From assembly GCF_006345805.1 (NCBI RefSeq), contig NC_042997.1:179180001-179244000 (forward strand): a stretch of DNA of 64,000 nucleotides. The letters are read 5' to 3'. Positions 23,940-38,478 of this stretch are shown one piece after another; within the stretch, counting starts at the first letter, position 1, and each line of letters opens with the position of its first letter. The translations under genes and the position numbers were made by a program. The notes under the pieces were generated by a model. It had not been told where the DNA came from. It ran no database searches and saw nothing but the letters and a program-made list of their open reading frames with translations. The DNA comes from Octopus sinensis. Lineage: Eukaryota.

Positions 23940-24770
23940 ATGTAAATAAATAAATATATATATATACACATATATACACACATACATATATCTATATAAA
24001 TATATATATATACATATATACACACATACATATATCTATATAAATATATATATACACATATATACACACATACATATATATATATAAATATATATATACA
24101 CATATATACACACATACATATATATATATAAATATATATATACACATATATACACACATATATATATTATAAATATATATATACACATATATACACACAT
24201 ACATATATATATATAAAATATATATATACACATATATACACATACATATATATATATAAATATAATATACACATATATACACACATATATATATATATAT
24301 ACATATATACACATACATATATATAATATAAATATATATACACATATATACAACACATACATATATATATAAATATATATATACACATATATACACACAT
24401 ACATATATATATAAATATATATATACACATATATACACACATACATATATCTATATAATATATATACACATATACACACATACATATATATATACACATA
24501 TATACACACATACATATATCTATATAAATATATAATACACATATATACACACATACATATTCTATATAAATATATATGTACACATATATACACATACATA
24601 TATATATATATATATAATATATATATAATATATATATATATAATATATATATATATATGTATATGCATATAAAAGAGTGTGTGTATATGTACCCCTACAG
24701 AGGGAACACACAAATGTACACACAGACACATGCATACACAAGCAAACACACACATATATATATGCACACG
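23940..24770. repeat. TA/TACA-derived minisatellite (about 35-38 bp unit)
   Basis: Repeated ataaatatatatatacacatatatacacacatacatatat units; source of the YIYMCV-type ORFs. Confidence 0.9.
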
Positions 24771-25172
24771 CATAAAATTTGTTATGCTTTAATAAATTTT
24801 AGATTTAAAAATATTTTTTATTGAAATATTCCTTTAATTAAAATAGGATGGAATTTAATCATGGATAACGTAATTTTTCAGAAGATATTTTCAACGTTCT
24901 TGAAAGCAATTAACTGTTATGAAATTATGAAATAATGAAGGAGGATCAAATTTAAAAAAAACAAAAAAAATAAAAATATACAATAAGGAATAATGCTACG
25001 TGAAAAATTCTTGAACGGAAATTGCAAATTGGATCCTTAGAAATATTCGTTACGGAGAAAGTTTAGTTTCAGACAACTGTGAATGATAATGCATCATTGT
25101 TGTTTGTATCTCACCAAGTGGAAGACTCGCTGCTGGGTGAGACGACAAGTTTACTAAATGAAATGAGACAAA

Positions 25173-25570
25173 GGCGCAGGAGTGGCCGTGTGGTAAGTAG
25201 CTTGCTAACCAACCGGGTTCAGTCCCACTGCGTGGCATCTTGGACAAGTGTCTTCTGCTATAGCCCCGGGCCGACCAATGTCTTGTGAGTGGATTTGGTA
25301 GACGGAAACTGAAAGAAGCCTGTCGTATATATGTATTTATATATATATGTATGTGTGTGTTTGTGTGTCTGTGTTTGTCCCCCTAGCAATGCTTGACAAC
25401 CGATGCTGGTGTGTTTACGTCCCCGTCACTTAGCGGTTCAGCAAAAAGAGACCGATAGAATAAGTACTGGGCTTACAAAGAATAAGTCCCGGGGTCGATT
25501 TGCTCGACTAAAGGCGGTGCTCCAGCATGGCCGCAGTCAAATGACTGAAACAAGTAAAAGAGTAAAGAGT
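25173..25570 (+). mobile_element. SINE family A, full length
   Basis: Same structure as the copies above, with a small deletion in the head. Confidence 0.93.
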
Positions 25571-28500
25571 GAAGGATCTCGTTCCATGCGCACCCAAACC
25601 TCCAGTTTATTTCAGTAGGTTATTGCTTTTCAGCCCCGTTTCAGTCACTTATAATTAATGACATCCAAACCTCATCGGTATAGATTTTGTTATAAATTCT
25701 TGCACTTATTTTATTAAACACTACATTCTTAAATTTGCTTTCTTTTAATTTCTGGGCTTCGGCATAATATCTAATATGGCTGGCATCGCTAATAGAGATG
25801 GAAATGTTAGATGTTACCTCAATGAATCAATGTAAAGAGGTGCAATACTGCGATATAGACCAACAGTAGACGAAACTAAAGGACTCTATTTGATCAAACT
25901 AAACACCGTACAACGGAGTTTCAAGCATGTGTCCGCAAGGTTTCTTCTGACTTATACAGGATAATTATTTGAAGGTCTGTTTGAAGCCAGCATTGGTCTG
26001 ATTGGTACATGCATAAACATTCCGCCATGTACATATATTATTAACATTGTTTGAAGTCTGTGTAATTTAGATTAATCGGATTATTTTGGATAAATCAAGA
26101 AGGGTATGTAATAACTTTGATTAAAATCTCGTAAATTTGTTCGATTAGCTCCAAGAGAAACGCGAGTAAGCTCTTTTTATCAAAAAATAACCCAACCTGA
26201 CCGATCTGTCAATTTGTATACAAGAATATTTGGCGTGATTCAGAATTCTATATTTAAGATCATAGCATGATTTGAGGTATATTAAACTGCTATTCTGAGC
26301 CTTCCTCGTTATCAATAACATGCTTGTAATTGGTAGCAGAGAAACAAGAGATCTTACTCGAAAAGTACATTAGAAGAACTATGGAACAGTGAGCTTTAAT
26401 AAGCTAATTTTGTTCCGTATATTTGAAGAAATTCACTCCTTGTTTTTCTAAGAGTTGACGAGAAGAAAATAAGTAAATTATATATTACATTAAGCAATGT
26501 AGGTATGTAAGGTGTTGTTAAAAATAATACACGAAATGCAGGTCAAAGAGAAGTGGTATATTGATTGGATTAAGCCCAGTGTAATACTGGTCTGTTTTAC
26601 CAAACATAGAATGAAGGAAGGTGATGATTATCTCATAAATGGCAGGTACCAGATTTAGATATTGCAATCCTATTTTATTCCGTCCGTTTGAACTTCACAA
26701 ATTCTTTGTGTTCCAGTTTTTCATATTTGCAGCGTTTCAGTATTTTCATTAGCTCTTGGTACTCCAACTATGGTTATACATATATATTAATATATCATTA
26801 ATAATTTAGAATATATGCACACCACCTGTAAGCTGCAATAAATAGCAGCCATTTTTCTATGATTTGCACTGTACTGTCTGAAAAAAGCTCACTTAAAAAA
26901 TATCGTCCGATATAATATATAAAAGAGGAGTGGCCATAGCTGGAATAGATTTGCACATCTGTCTATATAATTCGAGTTAGTCATGAGTCAAACATCACTA
27001 GCAATCTAGTTGTAAATACCTTCATATATGGTGTATTGGGTAAATTCTTCGACTATTCACTTGCGAATTGAACTAAAGTTATTGAAATGAAACTAGAAAA
27101 AAAATCATGAATCTCAACAACAATATCGATTAAAATTAAACAAAAGAAATGAAATAATAAAAAAAAACGAAATAAAATATTCGATTCGCCTTTCGGATGT
27201 ACTGCCTTCTGGTTTGCACTAGTTTTCACAACAGGTGTTCCTGATAGAAACTAATCTAAACAAAATATCATCTTAAACTTTTATCTCGTATATTTCCAGT
27301 TAAGAGGCTCTCACCGAACAATATCAGAAAAATAACATCAATTTAACGATAACTTTGAAAATGCATTGTTTTTTAATATATAAAAGCGGCCGATGTTATT
27401 GACACAAACACTTATATAGAAATATATATTCATAAATTATTCATCTGTATTAAGTTTCTGATTGACCATTTCCGTTGAAAGATAATTTACTCAGCATTTT
27501 TCTCATTTGTTATTGATAGGTAGGTCACAAGTCGTTTGCATCAACTTTGTCATAAACATTAATTTATTTACACTTTTCTTGGCATAAACTTTTCGAACTG
27601 AATAATGCGAAGTATCATATTCTATTGTTTTGAAATTTGCTTATCAATATTTTTCAATATAATTGATATTATATTAAATTAACTGATTAAACAGAAAACA
27701 GACTTGAACATAGTTCAACAAGGTTATGTAGAGGACATTATATGACATTTCATTGCTTTATACATTTACTTCTAAACGTGAATGATTCAAATCAACAAAG
27801 TAATTCCAATGACACAGATATCTGGTAATTTTGTAAATAGAGAATTTGTTCATTTTGATCTGAAAGCATACTACTGTGGGAAATAACTAAAAAACATTCA
27901 AAAAGTTGGATTCAGATTGTCTGAATGTAATTACTAGTATAAGCTATGTGGAAGTAAAAAGAAACTCTCCCTAAGTTTATCAAATAGTATACTACCTAAA
28001 TCAAGGTGATAGCTTTATAGCCCATTGTACACTCTTTAATTCCTATAACAAATGTTAATAATTGATTCTACATAATCAGTAATTCCCTCCACTGGCTTAT
28101 ATGTGTTTTATGTTGATGAAGATGAAATATGTTATTTACATTTTGTAAGGCTCGTTAGAATATACATATCAAATTTGTCATCCCCACTATAAAAATACTG
28201 CAGGTTTAGTCAGTAGAAATGTTTTTACTATAGTTCTAATTTTAATTTGAACTGTCGCTTATTTGATTGTCTCTGATTTAAAATGTCTGAAGAGATATAA
28301 CCACCGGTAGAACAATTTCCTATTTGAAATGTCTTAAAATTTCTATAACATTTTAGAAAGCAAGGTTGAAGTGGGAGTTAAGAAATAATATTACGAACAC
28401 TTCGAGATATTTTGAATAAGAAATGATTATATAGGTAAATATGAGATTTGTATGTTATCCGTTTGATTTCCCCAAACCAATGAGAACTGAATTCATATTG

Positions 28501-29726
28501 GAAAGGCACTATAAGTTATACAAGTAGTGAATACATTAAACGAATATATTCCAAGCATTAAAAATAAGATTAATATTTTCACTGAAACTTTTAGGCATCA
28601 GGAAAATAATTTATAAAACTTTTAGAGTTATACGAAGCGCGAAATGAAGTGAGCAAATAGATTTCGAATCTAATTTAGAATCACTTAGTTACACTTTTGT
28701 GTGTAGTATCCAAAAATAACATATATGATATGAACAGCATATATTATTACAACTCGAAATATACCATACTTCCATTTTTGTTTTGGGTTTCTACGTTTAA
28801 AAGTGATACGTATCATACAAATAAGCGAAAAATAATTCGATAAAAGTAAACGATACGAAATGATAAATACTGATGTTTTGCTGCAACATACTTGCTATAA
28901 GTATACTAAAATAACTATAGGTTCTATAATCGATTGTATATCGAATTACAATTTTAAAACATTAATATAGCACAAAGGAAACGCAGAGACATGCATTATA
29001 AAGGAAAGCATATATACGAACGTAAACGCGCGATTAATGACCCGAATCTTATCTTGATTGCTCACAAATTCAATTTTGTAAGAAGTCTAGATTAGCTTTA
29101 AGGATACTTACAAAAACAACATTATATAGATATCTTTTTACGTATATATATGTATGTATGCAATTATGTGTGTTTGTGTGTGCATGTGTGTTGGTATATA
29201 TACCTTTATGTATGTTTGCTCGCATGTGTTTGTCCAAGAGAATAAAAGCTACTGTAAAAGACTAAGAAAAACCTGAAAGAGAGAACGAAGCATAGGAGTT
29301 TTAGATTTTTGTCTAGAGAATTCTTAGCAATACCTAGAAGCAAAACAAGTAGCATAAGGTATAACAGGGCATAACAAAATGGGGACATTAACGAATATTT
29401 AATTGATAAATTTAAAACAGAACGAATGAATAGAGAAATTATACAAGAATGCTTCTTGCGAAGTAATAAATGATGTCGAAACATTGGGGCAAAAGATGAT
29501 GAACCAATTTTCTTCCAAATAAAATGTGAACCCAAGTAGCAAATAACATTTTGCGGAGGATATTCTTGTCTTCACGTAGACATACATATATGATTGCATT
29601 CTCATATATATGTGCGTGTCTCTGTGTATGTATATACATATATATTCAGACAAACATATACATGTCCGTACATATGCATGTGTTTCTGTTTACTGTTTGA
29701 TTACATACATACACATATGCATACAT

Positions 29727-29795
<69 letters not shown>

Positions 29796-30631
29796 CGTAT
29801 ACATATATATACATATATATACATACGCTTGCTGCACATTTAGAAGTATTGACGTGAGGAAACAATTACATTGTTCTCTCCCCCTCTCTCTCTATCTCTC
29901 TCTGTACACACACACAGAGGCACATATATATATTTATATAAAGTCATAGAAACACACAACTAGATTCTCGAACGAAACATAAATTCGCTCTAAAATTGCA
30001 TCTCGTCAGCCGAGGCACATCTAATTAGCGTAATACAGCTCATAAAATTCAGCTATTTTTACATTATTTTCACGTGATTTGCTTTATCGTTCACGGTTTC
30101 CTTTCGTCGAAAGTAAGTGGGAGATGGGAATTGTGTATTGATATGAGATCACCGATAAAAAAGAACAAAACCCACTAGGTGTAATACAACAGAAAATGCT
30201 GTTATATACTGGGATATCTAAATCAGAATCATGACGCGTAATGGAAGCATATAGTAAGTATTATTAAAGCGCTATATTTATCTGCTCTAGTTAGCAAACA
30301 ATTCTCCTTCCCCTAATTGCATGTTAAAACCAGAATTGCACTGTAAAACTATACTTGACAACTGAGTCCTAGATCCTTTAGCACAGGAGAAACAGGGTGG
30401 TCATAGGTAAAATGGTTTGATCACAACGGTGCTCAGCGAGAGCTGATCTGGGTTAAACTTCAGAAACTGATCCATATACTGAAAATATATGATTAGTAAT
30501 ATGTATGTATATATGTGTGGATATCTGTATACGTCATTTGGTGATTTCATTGTAGATTAGCTAATCAGAAGTGAAAATTACTTAGCACCTCGAAACTTAT
30601 CTCCCAAACTCTCTCTCTCTCTATGTATCTT

Positions 30632-30687
<56 letters not shown>

Positions 30688-31339
30688 ATATATACATATA
30701 GTATGTTTTTATGTGTAATATGTATACACGTAAGATATATATAAATGCGTGGAAGTGAATGTGTGGGAGTCTATATATATAATATATGTCAATAAGAAGG
30801 AAGAAATCAGCCAATCGGACGCACGGCAACTACAGATTATACTTCTAAACATTCTCTTACTTGTATTGTGTACTTGCATTTTCGTTTGTATTACTAAACG
30901 TGTACATTTATATATCAATATGAGATGTGCACGTACATATATATTTTATCTTGGAACTTCCCGGTATTTCTCTGAAAAGTAAGATCGTCTCTACTCTGAT
31001 GACAGAGGTTCGTGTTATCCTAGGCTGATTGCATCCATTTCTACTGCATATTGTGATGAACTATACCTACTAACATTATCATAGATCACCGGGCCCCACT
31101 GACAGTAGTTGTACTTATAACATCTTTCTACAAGCCATCTACTTTCCTCTGTCGCTTGTAAACTGTGTATGTTGGATTTGTTCATAGAAATGCCCATATA
31201 TTTATGCTAAATATTCATTGTCTGAAAGTCTACATCTGTTGCTTTCTCTCGTTTTGCATGTATACATATATGCATATGTTGTATTTCATACCCAAACTAT
31301 TATATTTAATATATCTAATTTGTATATCCGCATAATTGC

Positions 31340-31382
<43 letters not shown>

Positions 31383-32099
31383 CATACACACACAGACATG
31401 CACACATACAGACACACGCACGCATATACACATACATACAGACAGACATATGTTTGCGTATTATGCATGCATACATAAATTCGCACACACATAACATGTC
31501 TTTTTACGTATCATTACTGCATATATTTGAATTTAAATTACAGTAATTATTATCTAATATTCTTCCACTATTATACACAAATAAATATCATAAAAATATA
31601 ACTATGATGTCTGCAATACATGTAGATTCTCTTGAATGTTTCTGGTTTCTAGGTTACACAAAGCACAAAGAAAAGTAGCGTGCCATTATTGAGGCGTTCA
31701 TGAACATTTTCCATCGTACATTTATTTATACACACTTATTATGAATTTACATTTCTGACTACAATTTAGTTAGATTATAATTTTTGCCAAATGTATCATT
31801 AACTGAGCTTCGAAAATTGATTTTTGTAGAGAAAAAAGAGAGGGTACTAAAGAAGACAAAATGGGACGAAATAAAGAGAAAATAAATCCTGCAAATCCCG
31901 TTTTCTTTTTGCAACCAAACACACTTCTACCAACATTGTGCAAAAGATCCTTGATTTTTAAATGCTAATTTGCCCTTCATGGTAAAAATAAAAGAAAAGT
32001 ATCTGTAAGTTTATACATAGGCGCAGAAGTGGCTGTATGGTTAGTAGAATAAAACGAATATTAAACAAAGTAATATTGAAGGAACAACAGTAGTTGTAT

Positions 32100-34010
32100 G
32101 CATGCAAACCAAACAATTCCCAACAAGAACGCCCCTGGACCTGATGGGGTCGAGCGCTTTTGATTGATGAAGTCGACGTCATTACATGAACAAATCTAGC
32201 TCAAATGAATGACATGTTAAACAACTAGGCAGAGATACCCATATGAATAACAGAGGGCGGGACCGTGCTAAAGACTACGCAGTAGATAATTAAATACATA
32301 TCCTGCTTGCCACTAACGTGAAACTTTATGACTGGAATAATATCTAGGATCAAGTATACGATTCGTGAGGTGAATGAACTTCTACCAGAGGAAGAGAAAG
32401 GGTGTAAAAAGAAGCGCGACATTACAAAATATTAACTGCTGATTGGTAAAACAATTCTTGTGGATTGTAAAAGCAAACAAGAATTTACAAATGGCATGGA
32501 TGAAATATAGTAAAGACTGCGACATGTCTTTCGCAGCTGGATATTTGAGTACCTGAAATTTAATCAAGTACCAGAAAATGTATTTAGGTTTTCCGAAAGA
32601 TAGACTTATAAATGTACATCAGGCTAGCTGGAAAACAGAGTTAAATTCTTGCACGGTTGGCATGTGAGGTATATTTCAGGGAAACAGCTTATCGCCACTC
32701 TTATTTGTCATCTGCATGATTCTCTCTGATCCAAGTCCTAATAAATGAGGTGTGGACTAGATGGTATGACGATTAGCCATTTGTTATTCATGGATGATTT
32801 AAAGCGATTTAGCAAAGATGAGGACGAAATTGACAGTTTAGTACCTACTATGAAATTATTTGATAGAATATTGGGATGGGATTTGGGATTTAAAAGTGTG
32901 GCATTATAACCCTGAAACATGGAAAACTAACAAACAGTAAAGGGATTGAGGTTGCGAATGGTCAGATACTAAAGGAGTGGGAGAGGAAGGATACAAATAT
33001 TTGGAAGTTTTGGAGTTTGAAAAGATGAAGGAAAAAGAAATTAGGGAGATGTTCAATATAGAAAATCTCAAGCGGTTGAGACATGCAATGTCGTCTAAAT
33101 TGAATGAAAGGGATAGGATCAAGTCACCGAATACATGGGCTGTGTCCCTCATGCGCTACTAGGTAGGATATATTAAATGGAAGAAAGACGAATTAGAATG
33201 TATTGAGAGGAAATCTAAGAAATTGATGACAATGCATAAAGAACTCCAGCCAAAGAATTATGTTGCCAGACTTTATGTTAGAAGAACGAAAGGAGGTAAA
33301 GGACAAATAAGTTGTGAAAATTTTGATGAAAGTGAAGAAAACGTCCTAGCTTGGTATCCTTAAAATGCAAAAGGTAGCATAATGTCAAATGTAAGAGTCT
33401 GCAATATAGTGAAATCTGTTGATGTAGTAACACCGAATGAATGAAAAAGTGAAAAAAGAACTTGAAAAATAAATGTAAGGACAAAATTATGAACAAGAGA
33501 TAAAGTAGGCATTGATTGGTCGAAGAGTTTGTTGTGGTTTAGAAATGTCGATCTGAAAGGATATACTGGGACTCCGGTTTGCAGCTCCCAGGAGCAAATT
33601 ATTCAAATTGTGTGAACAGAAATCAGAAGACGTGTTAGAGAACAGCAAGTTTAATCTTTTGTTGGACTTTACCATTCAGTGTTGTAGAATGATTGAGGCA
33701 AGAAAGCCAGACAATATAATCTTTAACAAAAGAGACACAAATGATCAATATCTCTATCTAAGGAGATTATAGGTTGAAAGATAAAGCGCACGTAAAGATG
33801 TAGAAGTATACGTCACAGAAAGAAGAGGTGGGGAATTATGGGACATGAAAAAGTTTGAATGATTCCAGTTGTTATCGAAGAATTGGGATACACATAGAAT
33901 AGTTTCGAGGACAGTGTTAATAAAATCGGAATTGATGCAAGGTTACAGGTCATGCAGAAGACAGCACTTCTACGTAGAGTAAGTATTTTAAGGAAAATTT
34001 TGTCTACGCA
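32100..34010 (+). mobile_element. Degenerate R4/Dong-like non-LTR retrotransposon (RT plus RLE domains)
   Basis: Motifs in order: NAPGPDGV; ELLPEEEKGCKK; GIFQGNSLSPLLFVICMI; ISHLLFMDDLKRFSKDEDEIDSLV; GYKYLEVLE; NTWAVSLMRY; VARLYVRRTKGGKG; LLDFTIQCCRMIEARKPD; MQKTALLRRVSILRKILS. Many stops and frameshifts. Confidence 0.9.
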
Positions 34011-35666
34011 AGGCAGAGATAAGAAAGCATTAAAGGACTTTGTCAACTTGTCGAATGTTTTTCTGCTTTACTTTTTTTTCTAATTAGATTTTCCCCTTTT
34101 TTTTTCTTTTTTTCCATTTCATCGGCAGTATTATGCTTACAGCCAACATACTGTACACAATATTATTTGTATTACAAAACTGAAAAAAGCTGTGTTCAAG
34201 ACGTGAGAGAAAGGAGCAAGTGTTAGAATATCACATATGTCTTTCGAATGAAAATCATTATATCATTACGATCTTCAGCATCGTTCTTTCTGTTGACATC
34301 TTTACAGTAGCCTATACTGTATTAAATACGTGTCGAATCATAATAGCACGATTTAAAAAGGAGAAAAATGACTTCCCTCTTCTATTACTATATTTCTCCG
34401 TTTATTCTATATATCAACAGCCTCAAAGTTACATAAAAGACATGCAGTCATGTGTATATATATATGTATTATTTACGTACATACTGTGTGCATATATGAG
34501 ATGTATGTGTGCGAATACAAAAGTTAACGCGTATGTATCCCATACAATTCACGAGAAACAATATTATGGATTGCATACCCATGTGCGAATATAGGTATAT
34601 ATAGGTATGCGTGTGTATATCTTGCAGATGAACAAACTGAGCATTCCTAAATTTGTATGTAGAAAATGACATCCTTCCTTTTACGAATCTCGAATCCTTC
34701 CTTACTGCAGCAGCAGAATCTTTTTATGTTTGAGTGAATTTCGGTATGTCAAAATATCGATTCTTCCATTTCAATAGCATTTCATTTCTCTCGCCCGTTC
34801 TTCTACCATATATCTCTATTCTATAATCTTTGTTTTCAAGTCTTTTTTGATCATTCCTCTTGCAATGATAATATTGCAGTGGCTTGTGCTAGGAATTGAA
34901 TTTCTTTGCATTCTTATCTTAGTTCAGTTGACTCAAGAAACCCCATCATCCGTTTTTACACATTTTACATTGCATTATCTTTCAAATACTTTGTATACTT
35001 TGTCATGATGTATTCTATCTTTCGCTTGGACTGTTATAACCTCAAGCCGATTCTTTTCTCTTTGTGATTCTGTTTCTTAACAATGATGAGCAATTCAGCC
35101 ATTGGATCAATAAAATTGAACTTATTTCTGTGCGAGAGTTGTTTACAAAAGCCGCTGATTTCTTCATTAGCTTTGCAAAATTTAGAATGTGCAATTGAAA
35201 ACAGGGAAATCTCGGTAGAATATTTGTCAAAATATATGCATTCATTTTGCAAGAGTATTTTTTACTTTTTTTCTTCTTTTGCTCATCTTTAAACAAACAT
35301 GTTGGGATCGCAGCATTTGATAATGAATAATATTATTTCGAAAATCGGTGCTAATTGAAAGAAGACATAAAAAAAACAAAACAAAATATTAAGTGTAAGC
35401 ATTTCTAATACTATTTTGAGCATACTTTATTGATTAATCCTTTCCTTTATTTATAGAAAACAATTAAATATAGAGATTTAAGAAAAAACAAACATATTGC
35501 AACCAAAATGTCTGTGAGAGCCGGAAGCTAAACGAATCTCCGAATCCATAGAATATAAATGATTCTTTCATAAACTGTGCCAAAGAGTCGTGATGACATT
35601 GGTGAAGTTCAACATATGCGCAGAAGTAGAAACATATGGACATATGTAGATGCGTGTGAGAATGTG

Positions 35667-35751
<85 letters not shown>

Positions 35752-35759
35752 GCCATGAT

Positions 35760-35935
35760 AGACAGGTAGCCACTATACACATTTTTTTCTCTCCTTGTTT
35801 CTTTCTGTGTTCCTTTCTATGGACGAGTGTAGGCTCGAAACGTAAAAGATATTTTCAATTCCTGAGCGTTATACTAATACACCTATTTGTTTTTTACACA
35901 AGCTGTTTTCATCTTTTTTTTTCGTAAACTCTCCC
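35760..35935 (+). mobile_element. Short Penelope-like terminal repeat with decayed hammerhead motif
   Basis: CTTT-CTATGGA-C-GAGT-gtag-GCTC-GAAA-CG-TA-AAAG at 35813-35848. Related to 7470-7643 and flanked by (TA)n/(GA)n. Confidence 0.5.
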
Positions 35936-36249
35936 CCCTATATATATATATATTATATATATATAATATATATATTATATATTATATATATAATATATAT
36001 ATATATATTATATATATATATACATACATATACAAGCATACTTAGAAATACACACATGTATATATGTCACTTGTATTTCACCTGTTGTGGTATATTTCTA
36101 TCATTGTCAAACGTTATATAAACGCATCAAAACACATTTACGATTCACTTTGCTGCTCTGGTAGAGAAAGCAGTACATTACCATATCTATATATATTCTG
36201 ACTATCTACCGTGAAAGTAATATATCCGATATATCCGTAGAGGTAAATG

Positions 36250-36950
36250 CATACATACATACATGTCAACATGATGTTTAGCCTCTCTTGGACTAGTGAC
36301 TGCTACATCACACTTCGACGTTGATGCATTTACAATCCCAAAACAGGAAATTGGTATGAAATATCGAACACGCAAAAGACACAGTGAAGTCTGGTGTATC
36401 TAAAATGTATCCGGAAATGTAGATTATGGGAAAGGCAATGTCATTAGCAGCTGCACGAGAATTTCAGAAAGGTACTACCTCCTCATGCGACACGACGTTG
36501 ATGCAAAAAGAAATATACAATGCTGTTCGGGAAAAAAGAGTTTTGAAATATATATAGGGGATGCCTTGTGATGGAAAATATACACAAACATGAACGCTAG
36601 GATCACTAGTGGAACATTCCCGTTAAAATTCTGTCAAATATAAACATAACAGGCCGATATATTGTTTGGTACAGATGAGGAAATGTATGCACCGTCATAC
36701 CGATCCGTTGTTCTGCTGCTGTGAATATATCTTCGAGAAGGAAAGGATAATAGGATAACTACATACAACTTATTCGAAATCTCCAGCTTCTATATTCAGT
36801 TTAATAAATTCAAATTTATACCAATAATAATCAGTGCAGTTGGTTTTGTGAGTAAGTGCCTATTTGACAATCTGGACATGTCAGGATTTCCAGAACAAGA
36901 GATCAACCAACTGACGCGCTCATTGTAAATAAAATCTGTAAGTGGAATAG
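36250..36950 (+). mobile_element. RLE-type (R2 group, R4/NeSL-like) non-LTR retrotransposon 3' fragment
   Basis: RYYLLMRHDVDAK..IYNAVR; WNIPVK; KHNRP; NYIQLIRNLQLLYS; KFKFIPIIISAVGFV (RHD, RPD and PIIIGALG-like motifs). Confidence 0.75.
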
Positions 36951-36959
36951 TAGAAATAT

Positions 36960-37319
36960 ACTCTCTTTAACTTGTTTCAGTCATTTGAGTGCGGCCATGC
37001 TGGATCACCGCCTTTAGTCGAGCATATCGACCCCAGGACTTACTCTTTGTAAGCCTAGTATTTATTCTATCGGTCACTTTTGCCGAACCGCGAAATTACG
37101 GGTTGCCAAGCGATGTTTGGGGGCCAAACACAGACACAAACACATACACACACACATACACATATACATATATATTTCCGTCTACCAAATCCACTCACAT
37201 TTTCTTGGTCGGCCCGAGGCTATAGTAGAAGACACTTGCCCAAGGTGCCACGCAGTGGTACTGAACCCGGAACACGTGGTTGGTAAGCAAGATACTTACC
37301 ACACAGCCACTCCTACGCC
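36960..37319 (-). mobile_element. SINE family A with internal deletions
   Basis: Reverse-complement match to the other copies. Confidence 0.9.
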
Positions 37320-38437
37320 TATATATGCAAAAATTATCGCAACTTTAACATGTGACAATGTTTTTGTCTTCTACATTCCCACGATAGAACTTCGTATCTG
37401 TTTTAGAAATTAGCTCCTTCCTCAAAGGAAGAATTCGAATAATTCAAAATAGAAGATACCACACACGTCCTTAGATATATACATTCACACTGACATACAC
37501 ATACTTTTATTGATTATGGAATTTGATTTTTGTCTAGATGAGCCTTTTTGTATTTATTTTATTTATATATCACTGTAAAAGTTATTACACTAGATCACTT
37601 ACCCTACTGTTTTATTGTGACCTATCACTAATAGATTCTCACAATAAAGTCGCTTCGGTTAGCCTATGGAATATTTATCTATGTGATTACTACAGGACAT
37701 CATTTCCGGGAATTAATTTAAAATTCTATTTCTAATGTTGATTCCGTCGATTCAAGTACTCTCCCAAATTTATTGCATAGCAAACTGTGTAGATATGTTG
37801 TTGATAGTTAGGTTGCTTCCGTAAAAGGCCATTCACAATGCTCTCTCTCGAGTTTTCTCTCTCTGTCTCTTCCTCTCTCTCTATGTATGTATGTATATAT
37901 ACTTAGCTTTAATTTATTTACAAATGTCTCTTCTGGGTGTATTTATTTCATTCTATATATATACACAAATGCACACAACGAACATAAATAAGCAATTATA
38001 AACACGCACACACACGCGCACACACAAGCGCACACATATACACACACGTATATGTATGTATATTTGCGTTGTTCTTGGTATTATATTATCTTTCTACTGT
38101 TTGATTATTCATTAGATTATTATTTTGATCAAACGCCAGATTTCATTTTATCAGTGCAATGATAGAGATAAGGTCGCTACCTCCTTAACTGAGATAATAT
38201 CAACTGCCTTACTTTGAACTAGGATAAATTTCAGAAGGCAATAAAACTGAAGATTATCTGAATGGGCAACTATATGAAAAGTGCTTCGTGATATACTGAA
38301 TACTTTAAATTGCCTTCAGAAACAAAAAATAAAACTTTTCCTCACGTACTTCAAAATATAATTAAAAAAATAAATAAATAAATATATATATATATATTAT
38401 ATATATATATATATAATATATATATATATTATATATA

Positions 38438-38478
<41 letters not shown>

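Noticed and set aside
23858-24773. Long ORFs up to 245 aa (also at 43.1-44.6 kb, 45.7-46.3 kb, 54.8-55.3 kb and others)
   Set aside because: They are translations of (TA)n/(CA)n/(TACA)n repeats giving Y/I/C/V/M/H/T runs, with no coding signal.
30990-31235. CTGATGA-C-AGA ... TCT-GAAA as a long-loop hammerhead
   Set aside because: Only a 3-bp stem II across more than 200 nt, and no stem I or NUH site in register. It may be a PLE relic but is not supportable.
34650-35296. Higher-complexity segment with short overlapping ORFs
   Set aside because: No recognisable protein motif and multiple stops in all frames; probably an old unclassified repeat.
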